62,861 nucleotides of DNA from an uncultured Bacilli bacterium. GTDB lineage: Bacteria > Bacillota_I > Bacilli_A > RF39 > UBA660. The stretch is taken from assembly GCA_947581765.1 (NCBI GenBank), contig CANPVU010000003.1, positions 1 through 62,861 on the forward strand, written 5' to 3'. Positions 52,047 through 60,380 of the stretch are shown in pieces. The position numbers and the translations under genes were made by a program. Every line of letters begins with the position of its first letter. Positions within the stretch are counted from its first letter, which is position 1. The notes beneath the pieces were generated by a model. That model worked only from the letters and a program-made list of their open reading frames with translations, was not told where the DNA came from and made no database searches.

Positions 52047-52496
52047 TTGAATGAAAATGTAGTTCTAGATTTAATAAAATATATTGAAGATAATTTACAT
52101 GAAAATTTGAAAGTAGATAGTTTATCCAAAATATTTCATTATGATAGGGTATATTTAAGTAAATCATTTAAAAAAATAACAGGTATATCAATAAATGAAT
52201 ATATTAATGAAAGAAAAATAATAAAAAGTATACCAAGTGTTGTAAATACTGATGAAAAGATACTTAAAATTGCTTTAGAATCAGGATATAATTCATTAGA
52301 ATATTTTTCTGAAACATTTTATAGAGTAACTAGTTTTAGTCCAGTATCTTTAAGAACAAATGAAAAAATAAAAGAAATATTACCATTTGATATTTATAAT
52401 AATTGGATTGAAAATTTAAAAAATAATCATGAAAAAATATTAAAAATTAGAACTTTAGAAAGACCAAAAGTAAAAACAATTGGTAGATATAAATAA
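52047..52496 (+). CDS. Small AraC/XylS-family transcriptional regulator (DNA-binding domain only)
   Basis: Two HTH units (LSKIFHYDRVYLSKSFKKITGISINEYINERKI and ALESGYNSLEYFSETFYRVTSFSP). It starts 12 nt after the upstream gene. Confidence 0.75.
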   Translation: MNENVVLDLIKYIEDNLHENLKVDSLSKIFHYDRVYLSKSFKKITGISINEYINERKIIKSIPSVVNTDEKILKIALESGYNSLEYFSETFYRVTSFSPVSLRTNEKIKEILPFDIYNNWIENLKNNHEKILKIRTLERPKVKTIGRYK

Positions 52497-52518
52497 AACT
52501 TCACAAAATGTGAAGTTT
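52496..52518. terminator. Bidirectional terminator between the AraC-like gene and pyrG
   Basis: Stem aaacttcaca (52496-52505) pairs with tgtgaagttt (52509-52518) around loop aaa. T-rich sequence on both sides. Confidence 0.65.
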
Positions 52519-52521
52519 CTT

Positions 52522-54165
<1,644 letters not shown>

Positions 54166-54183
54166 TCATCTAGGCTCTCTTTC

Positions 54184-54213
54184 ATTATAGCATTATTAAA
54201 ATATTGATGTAAA
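54184..54213 (-). promoter_or_regulatory. pyrG promoter
   Basis: On the minus strand: TTTACA (54208-54213), 18-nt spacer, TATAAT (54184-54189). Confidence 0.5.
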
Positions 54214-54273
54214 TATTTTTATGTATAAATTTAAATTTTTAATTTTTTATGGTAAAATATTATTGGTGAAGTT

Positions 54274-54948
54274 ATGAGAAAGTATTATAGGTTTAAGATG
54301 AATTTGGTAACTGCTAATGTTTTAGCTACTGTAATTTTAATTTTATTTTGTATACCTGTATATAATTATATTATAGATTTAATTACAGATACTAAGTTAT
54401 TTGTTTTAACTTTTATATTATATATGGTATGGATGTTATTACATGAAATATTACATGGTATAGGTCATATGTTATGTGGAGTTAAACCAAAAGATTTAAG
54501 TTATGGTGCAGATATAAAAAAAGGAATATTGTTTTGTTTAGTTAGAAAAGAAGTAAGTAAGAAGGACATATTAATATCTTTACTATTTCCATTTTTCTTT
54601 ATAGGTGTAGTAACTTATATTTTAGGTATTGTTATAAATAATCCTGTTTTAATAGCATTATCTATATTTAATATATCTGGTGCATGTGTAGATTTACTTA
54701 TGTTTTTTGATTTTATAAAATTAGGAAATGATATAACTTATATAGAACCTGGTGAAGGGGATACATTTTATATTATGAGTAATAAGGATATAAAAAAGTT
54801 ATTTGGTTTAAAACTATTAGAAGAGGGAATATATAAAGAAGATATGTTTAGTAATATTAGTTATAAAAGATTTGATATATCAAAATTTAGTATTGTATTT
54901 TTTATATTATGTGTTATTTCTACTATAGCAATGTTACTAGTTTTTTAA
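54274..54948 (+). CDS. DUF3267-family membrane protein (putative zincin-like peptidase)
   Basis: HEILHG motif within a polytopic membrane protein. GGTGA RBS. Confidence 0.6.
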   Translation: MRKYYRFKMNLVTANVLATVILILFCIPVYNYIIDLITDTKLFVLTFILYMVWMLLHEILHGIGHMLCGVKPKDLSYGADIKKGILFCLVRKEVSKKDILISLLFPFFFIGVVTYILGIVINNPVLIALSIFNISGACVDLLMFFDFIKLGNDITYIEPGEGDTFYIMSNKDIKKLFGLKLLEEGIYKEDMFSNISYKRFDISKFSIVFFILCVISTIAMLLVF

Positions 54949-54965
54949 AATTTTAAAAAAATGTG

Positions 54966-54994
54966 TTGACAAGGAGAGTAGTTTAAAGTATAAT
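54966..54994 (+). promoter_or_regulatory. Consensus sigma-A promoter of the tRNA-Gly gene
   Basis: TTGACA (54966-54971), exactly 17 nt, TATAAT (54989-54994). Confidence 0.7.
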
Positions 54995-55032
54995 GTTAAT
55001 TGTCAGTTGGTTTTATATTAACCGACATTGAT

Positions 55033-55106
55033 GCGGGTGTAGTTCAATGGTAGAACTCCAGCCTTCCAAGCTGATAACGTGGGTCCGATTCCCATCACCC
55101 GCTCCA
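55033..55106 (+). tRNA. tRNA-Gly (anticodon UCC), encoded CCA, with non-canonical T-loop
   Basis: Hand-folded cloverleaf: acceptor GCGGGTG/CACCCGC, D arm GTTC-AATGGTA-GAAC, anticodon arm CCAGC-CTTCCAA-GCTGA, T arm GTGGG-TCCGATT-CCCAT, then T-CCA. There is a C27-A43 mismatch, and C replaces the near-universal U55. Confidence 0.8.
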
Positions 55107-55116
55107 TTTAAAGATT

Positions 55117-55147
55117 AAATCAGTCTTAATTTGACTGATTTTTTTTT
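55117..55147 (+). terminator. Rho-independent terminator of tRNA-Gly (inside direct repeat copy 1)
   Basis: Stem aaatcagtc (55117-55125) pairs with gactgattt (55133-55141) around loop ttaattt. The T-run extends to 55147. Confidence 0.7.
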
Positions 55148-55156
55148 GTGCTAAAA

Positions 55157-55181
55157 CGGACCCACGTTATCAGTTTGGAAG
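55157..55181 (-). other. Inverted 25-nt copy of the tRNA-Gly anticodon-loop to T-loop segment
   Basis: cggacccacgttatcagtttggaag is the reverse complement of tRNA positions 55063-55087, matching 24 of 25 nt. Confidence 0.9.
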
Positions 55182-55251
55182 TGATAAAGTATATCCATTT
55201 TGACTCTTCTTTTTTAATACTAATTTCTTTAATCTTATTATTAATTTTTAT
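55170..55251 (-). pseudogene. Remnant of a second copy of the 259-aa nuclease gene (3-prime end joined out of frame to an internal fragment)
   Basis: Positions 55170-55215 equal the last codons of the intact gene (KKKSQNGYTLSLPN*). Positions 55221-55251 encode IKINNKIKEISIKK, against IKINNKIKGISIKK in the intact gene (57341-57385), matching 26 of 31 nt. The junction falls at a shared c-tttttt-aatac microhomology. Confidence 0.45.
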
Positions 55252-55268
55252 CCTCCACTCTTCTTCTT

Positions 55269-56552
55269 TTATTTATTATCTTCATTGTTCTCATCATCAT
55301 TAATATCATTATTAAAATAATTAGGAAAATCAAACTTTGGTAATTCTATTTCTGGTAAAACTATATTGGGTAAATCAAAGTTTGGCATTTTAACCTTCGG
55401 AATCATATTAGCTATGTTTGGTATCATTTTAGAAACAGGATTTACAATTTCATTTAATTTTTCACTAAATTCTTTTAATGGTTGAGTAACTAAATTTATG
55501 TTTTCTAAAATTGGTTTAACTGTTTCTCTCATTGTCTTTGCAAGTCGTTCAAAAGATTCCTGTTGTAATTCAATATTTTTGTATACAAAATCTTTTTCTT
55601 CAGTAATTTTAATTGCTATATCTAATGATTTATTTGTTTTCTTTAAAATCTCCAAACAATTTTTGTATTGAGTTTCACTTATAAATTTGCAATGTGCTAT
55701 ATTATTTCTGAAAACTCTAATGTCATTAAAAATTATTTGAAAATCGTCTGCAATTTTTTTATCACCAAAAAATCGCTCCCAATCAGATTTATAATTACAT
55801 AATTCAAAAGCTTTTCTTATTTCAGAATCACTCAACTTACTCAAATCTTTGTTTTCCTTTAGAAAATTTTGCAACTTTATCGTTTCTTGTGGAGTTATTG
55901 ACTTAGAAAACAATAATGTTTCAATATCATGATAATCAAGTGAATAAAATCCTAACTTTATATAGCAATCTTTTTTAGAAATTGTTTGATTCTTTTGACT
56001 ACTGGCTTTTTGTTTTAGATTTGCTTGAAAATCTTCACTGGTAGTTGCAGAATAATATTCTAAATTAAAATTTAAAGTATATACAACAAAAAGTATTTTT
56101 CTTAACTTTCTTTCAAATTCATTAAGATATGGAAATAATTTATTGCAGTAATATTCAGAAACATAATCATAAGATAATATAGATATAAAATCTTGTTCAA
56201 AAACACTTTTACTATTTATTAATTTAGAATTTACTAAATTCAAAATATTAACAGCATCTTGCTTATTTTTGGTTTTAACTATTATATCTAAATAATAATT
56301 AGACCATACATTATGATATTTAAAAAAAACTTCTTTTTGCGTATTATTGTAATCAATTTTAAATGCTCCTGTTTTAATAAAGATAAATTCCTCATCTCTA
56401 TTATCAAAATTAATTTCGTGAAAACATTTTTTTAATAATTGCTCAAATGATGGAGGCAAAGATACGACAATTCGATTTTCTTTTGAATTTTTCTTGAATT
56501 TATTTTTTTCTTTTTCTCTTTTAAGAAATATATAACTGTTTTTAAATTTCAT
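55269..56552 (-). CDS. HEPN-domain protein (Swt1-like/Abi-type), candidate abortive-infection RNase
   Basis: NEFERKLRKIL helix, followed about 140 aa later by FRNNIAHCKF (the R-x4-H HEPN signature). It has its own AGGAGG RBS and promoter. The C-terminal tail carries short P(N/K)(I/F) repeats. Confidence 0.6.
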   Translation of the reverse strand: MKFKNSYIFLKREKEKNKFKKNSKENRIVVSLPPSFEQLLKKCFHEINFDNRDEEFIFIKTGAFKIDYNNTQKEVFFKYHNVWSNYYLDIIVKTKNKQDAVNILNLVNSKLINSKSVFEQDFISILSYDYVSEYYCNKLFPYLNEFERKLRKILFVVYTLNFNLEYYSATTSEDFQANLKQKASSQKNQTISKKDCYIKLGFYSLDYHDIETLLFSKSITPQETIKLQNFLKENKDLSKLSDSEIRKAFELCNYKSDWERFFGDKKIADDFQIIFNDIRVFRNNIAHCKFISETQYKNCLEILKKTNKSLDIAIKITEEKDFVYKNIELQQESFERLAKTMRETVKPILENINLVTQPLKEFSEKLNEIVNPVSKMIPNIANMIPKVKMPNFDLPNIVLPEIELPKFDFPNYFNNDINDDENNEDNK

Positions 56553-56578
56553 TATTACCTCCTAATTCTCTTGGTATA

Positions 56579-56607
56579 ATTATATCATTTCGTAAGAAAT
56601 GTCACAA
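56579..56607 (-). promoter_or_regulatory. Promoter of the HEPN gene
   Basis: On the minus strand: TTGTGA (56602-56607), 17 nt, TATAAT (56579-56584), preceded by TGA (extended -10). Confidence 0.5.
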
Positions 56608-56711
56608 GAAATTTAAAAAATATTGTGTTTAAGTTAAAAATCGGTTATATATGATTTATCAGGCGGTTATGAATTTTATGTTTGCTAAGTGTTTATAACT
56701 TAACAAGCAAT

Positions 56712-56832
56712 CGCTCCATTTAAAGATTAAATCAGTCTTAATTTGACTGATTTTTTTTGTGCTAAAACGGACCCACGTTATCAGTTTGGAAGTGATAAAG
56801 TATATCCATTTTGACTCTTCTTTTTTAAATAC
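56712..56832. repeat. Direct repeat copy 2 (121 bp)
   Basis: See copy 1. It includes cgctcca, the terminator hairpin (56729-56758), the inverted tRNA fragment (56768-56792) and the last 17 codons of the nuclease gene. Confidence 0.9.
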
Positions 56833-57560
56833 ATATTTTCTATAATATCATCAAAGAGATTATACCACTTTACTTGTATGCAAAATCGATCTTTTTCATA
56901 TTTACTATTATAATTTAAACATCTGTTTTTAGGTTGAATAGTAAGTACACTAAAATGAACAGTTGATGAATAGTTATCTTTTTTACTTAAGATAATATTA
57001 ATAATATCTTCTTTTGTTATAAAAACAAAATCATTTACTTCTCCATAAACTAAAGCAGAAATAGAAAAAACCGAATTATTACCTCGAAGGATAAATCTAT
57101 CAATAGCTTTTATTAATAATTTTTGATTATTTATTTCACTATTAATCTTATCAATTTTATCTTGATTTTTAACTTTATATTCCTCAGTTGATACTCTTTT
57201 TAAACCTTTGCCGTTAGTAGTACCATCTGCATAGTGAAACTTTAAATACTCTATTATATTATCACGTGATATATTATTAGTTATTAAAAAATTAATAAAT
57301 TCCGTAATTGGTTCAACATGTACAGAGTTCCTAATTCCTTTTTTAATACTAATCCCTTTAATTTTATTATTTATTTTAATTAAAATATCAGTTTTTTGTT
57401 TTAAGTGATTACGCCAACACTTAATTATTGAATTTTCATTTTCATTTGGAAAAATTGTTTCTATTAAATCTCTGCATAGAGGAGTCAATTCCTTAATAAC
57501 TTTATTATTTAATTCTAAAACGAAAGCAAATTCATTATCAAATCCGTTTATTTCACTCAT
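56781..57560 (-). CDS. PD-(D/E)xK-type endonuclease, MspI/HinP1I-like restriction-enzyme candidate
   Basis: KTDILIKINNKIKGISIKKG fits a D-x13-S-x-K catalytic core. C-terminal LTIQPKNR...FCIQVKWYNLFD recalls the HinP1I/MspI family blocks (from memory, not aligned). AGGAGGTGA RBS. Confidence 0.5.
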   Translation of the reverse strand: MSEINGFDNEFAFVLELNNKVIKELTPLCRDLIETIFPNENENSIIKCWRNHLKQKTDILIKINNKIKGISIKKGIRNSVHVEPITEFINFLITNNISRDNIIEYLKFHYADGTTNGKGLKRVSTEEYKVKNQDKIDKINSEINNQKLLIKAIDRFILRGNNSVFSISALVYGEVNDFVFITKEDIINIILSKKDNYSSTVHFSVLTIQPKNRCLNYNSKYEKDRFCIQVKWYNLFDDIIENMYLKKKSQNGYTLSLPN

Positions 57561-58053
57561 TTTATCACCTCCTACTATTATTATTATATATAAGTCTTTA
57601 ATTTCCTTTTTTTATAAATAATAATTTAGAATTATTAAAATTAGAAATAGAACTTAGAAATGAAAAAGTTATTTATGAATGTGTTAGAACTGCAGTTTTT
57701 TTGCGTGTTGATGAAAAGTTTCCAAATAAACTTAAAAAATATAGTTAACGAAAGCATTGATAATATTTTTAAAATTTTATATGATATTATCAGGTGATAA
57801 ATAGGAAACAAAATATTAAGATTATTATATTATGTTTTAATTTTATCTATTGTTTTGTTTCATAATAGGTTTATTTTGTAAATCAAGCATCTCATTTTTT
57901 GAACTAAATTTAGGCTTTGCAGTTTTGATTGCATTTACTAAAATTGGAATTTTTACTTGTATTTTAGCTTTATATATACAAACACTGATTATATTGATTC
58001 TTAGACAGTTAATAGGATTATAAAATACAAAATAACGGAAGGGTATAATAGTA

Positions 58054-58653
58054 ATGATAAAAAGATATACAGAAAATGAAATTGATAAGCTAGTTAAAAT
58101 ATTAAAAAATGATGGAGTAATAAGTGTACCAACTGATACTGTTTTTGGAATATGTGCTAGAATTAATTCTTTAGTAGCACACGATAAATTAATTAAAGTA
58201 AAAAGTCGTCCTATAAATAAATCGTTTCCTGTTATGTGTGCAAATGAAAAACAGATAGAAACTATTGCAATCGTTAATGAAGTGGCAAAAAAATTAATTA
58301 AAGCTTTTATGCCTGGACCAATTACTTTAGTTTTAAAAAAGAATAATAACTTGCCAGAATATGTTACTAATGGTAAAGAAACAATAGCTATTAGGATGGC
58401 TCCTACAGTTTTTATTGAAGAATTAATTTCAAAAACAGGATGTCCAATATTTATGACTAGTGCCAATCAAAATGGAGAAATAGAATGTACGAGTTTGGAT
58501 GAAATAGAAAATAAATGTCCAATGCTTGATGGAATGCTAGAAGGGGAAGTATCTTATTCTATGGCAAGTACAATTGTAGATTGTACTTCTAATAAGGTTG
58601 AAATTTTAAGAGAAGGTCCAGTTACATTAGAACAAATTAAAAAAGTTTTATAA
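58054..58653 (+). CDS. tsaC: L-threonylcarbamoyladenylate synthase (YrdC/TsaC family)
   Basis: Family motifs VISVPTDTVFGICA, KSRPINKSFPVM, PGPITLVL, IRM and TSAN. Confidence 0.85.
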   Translation: MIKRYTENEIDKLVKILKNDGVISVPTDTVFGICARINSLVAHDKLIKVKSRPINKSFPVMCANEKQIETIAIVNEVAKKLIKAFMPGPITLVLKKNNNLPEYVTNGKETIAIRMAPTVFIEELISKTGCPIFMTSANQNGEIECTSLDEIENKCPMLDGMLEGEVSYSMASTIVDCTSNKVEILREGPVTLEQIKKVL

Positions 58654-58739
58654 TCTTTAAAAAGAATGATTATTTTATATAACGTTTAAAAAGTAATAGA
58701 GGGTGTTATAATAATATTTATTAATTGGAGGTATAAATA

Positions 58740-59381
58740 ATGGAAAATGAAGTAAATCAATCTTTAAAATATTGGAATAATTTACATTCAAATTATGATA
58801 GAAGTGATATAAAATATGATGATTGGTTAGAAAAATTTCAAGAAATAATTGATGCATGTAAAACACCAATTTTAGATTTAGGGTGTGGAAGTGGTAATGA
58901 TACATTATATTTAATAAACAAAGGAAAAAAAGTTATACCTTGTGATCAATCAGAGAATGCTATAAAAAATATAAAGAAAAATTTTCCTGAAATTTTCGAT
59001 TGTAAATGCTTCAATATGTTAGAAGGGTTCCCATTTCCTGATAATTATTGTGATTTAATAATCTCAGATTTATGTTTACACTATTTTAGAGAAAAAGATA
59101 CATTTAAAATAATAAATGAAATTAGAAGAATACTTAAAGATAATGGACACTTAATTTTTAGATTGAATTCTATAAATGATATTAACCATGGCGCAGGTTC
59201 TGGTAGTGAGATTGAACATCACTTATATACTACACAAGATAATAGACTTAAAAGATTTTTTGATGAGAAGGATATATTATATTTCTTTAAAGATTTTCAA
59301 ATTGAATATTTAAAGGAAGAAACAATGTCAAGATATAAGTTAGAAAAAAGATTATATTTAGGATGCATAAAAAAATATTGA
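58740..59381 (+). CDS. Class I SAM-dependent methyltransferase (small-molecule type)
   Basis: Motif I ILDLGCGSGNDTLYL, an acidic residue after beta-2 (IPCDQS), and DLIISDLCLHY. At 213 aa it has none of the DNA-methyltransferase motifs. Confidence 0.75.
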   Translation: MENEVNQSLKYWNNLHSNYDRSDIKYDDWLEKFQEIIDACKTPILDLGCGSGNDTLYLINKGKKVIPCDQSENAIKNIKKNFPEIFDCKCFNMLEGFPFPDNYCDLIISDLCLHYFREKDTFKIINEIRRILKDNGHLIFRLNSINDINHGAGSGSEIEHHLYTTQDNRLKRFFDEKDILYFFKDFQIEYLKEETMSRYKLEKRLYLGCIKKY

Positions 59382-59408
59382 TACTTTTACAATCAATATT
59401 TTTTATTA

Positions 59409-60065
59409 TTATTTTAATTTCAATTTTTTATTTTTTTCACCAATATTATTCATAATTGCATAATTTGAAACAGCCTTAAAATTATCATCATAAGGATATG
59501 TTTGTTGTCCAAACAAAAGCCACATAGTAGACCAAGAAACACCAGGTTTAAGTAATTCTTGAACTTTTTTATTTTGCATAGTTTTATTTTCTTCTTGATT
59601 ATTTAAATCTACACAACCTTCTTCATCATACAATTTACATTGTAAATCACATTCTAATTTATCACATTGGTATGCAAACATTGCTTCTTTAGTACTATGA
59701 GAATCAAATTCTAAAAATAATTGTTCTATTTCTTTACCATCTAGTAATCCATCTAATATTTTACTAACTGCTTCATGTTCTATTTTTTCTTTTTCTTCTT
59801 TAGATATATCAAATTGTGTTAAATCTCCAATAACAGTCTCTCCAAGTTCATGAACAGCTATCATAAATAATACTTTCATAATATCTACATCATATTGATA
59901 TTCTGATTTCATAGCAATAGCTAACATTTGAACTCCAAAGATATGTTCAGCAACACTTTCAATTCTTTCTCTTTGTACGTTCCAATTTTTCCAACCTGTT
60001 CTGATAATATTTTTTAATCTATTACATACAACATAGTATTTTATTACATTTTGTTCTTTAGACAT
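59409..60065 (-). CDS. HD-domain phosphohydrolase (YfbR-like 5-prime-deoxynucleotidase family)
   Basis: RTGW, ESVAEHIFGVQMLA and VHELGETVIGD motifs. The ATG at 60065 follows an AAGGAAGTGA RBS. Confidence 0.75.
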   Translation of the reverse strand: MSKEQNVIKYYVVCNRLKNIIRTGWKNWNVQRERIESVAEHIFGVQMLAIAMKSEYQYDVDIMKVLFMIAVHELGETVIGDLTQFDISKEEKEKIEHEAVSKILDGLLDGKEIEQLFLEFDSHSTKEAMFAYQCDKLECDLQCKLYDEEGCVDLNNQEENKTMQNKKVQELLKPGVSWSTMWLLFGQQTYPYDDNFKAVSNYAIMNNIGEKNKKLKLK

Positions 60066-60141
60066 AAAATTCACTTCCTTCTTATTAGGGTAGTATACCA
60101 TTTTAGATAGTTTAAAAACAAGTAATAAAAATATATTTCAG

Positions 60142-60170
60142 TTGAAAATGATAGTTGTATAGGGTATAAT
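60142..60170 (+). promoter_or_regulatory. Near-consensus sigma-A promoter with long downstream leader
   Basis: TTGAAA (60142-60147), 17 nt, TATAAT (60165-60170). The next RBS-preceded start codon on this strand is at 60403. Confidence 0.5.
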
Positions 60171-60380
60171 AAAGATAAAATTTAGGTAGGTATAAATCTT
60201 CTGTTTTATTTAATAAATGTTACTGAAGATGTACACTATTGTGCTTATAAAAAATGTTTCTAAAAATATATTGATTGTAGATTATAATATTGATTTAGTG
60301 ATGGTACATATATTTATGACTTTAATATACTTGATAATAAAAGTAATATTTTTGGAATAACAAAGGTTTGAACTGTTAAA

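Larger units (their letters stand above)
55100..55220. repeat. Direct repeat copy 1 (121 bp), begins with the last 7 nt of tRNA-Gly
   Basis: Identical to 56712-56832 except for two 1-nt homopolymer length differences (T9 vs T8, AA vs AAA). Confidence 0.9.

Noticed and set aside
57843-58466. A 207-aa minus-strand ORF overlaps the tsaC-like gene.
   Set aside because: The plus-strand product has clear YrdC/TsaC motifs. The minus-strand translation is hydrophobic low-complexity with no recognisable family and no RBS.
58740-59381. Whether the nearby SAM-dependent methyltransferase could be the missing modification partner of the restriction-like nuclease.
   Set aside because: It is 213 aa with a small-molecule-type fold signature. 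It lacks the DPPY/NPPY or PCQ-ENV-QRR DNA-methyltransferase motif sets. It is separated from the nuclease by tsaC and a 490-bp gap, and it has its own RBS and context.
60217-60360. A 47-codon hydrophobic ORF (MLLKMYTIVLIKNVSKNILIVDYNIDLVMVHIFMTLIYLIIKVIFLE) lies in the long leader upstream of the duplicated small gene.
   Set aside because: It has no Shine-Dalgarno sequence, and its composition is what random AT-rich sequence yields. I kept it only as a note under the leader finding.
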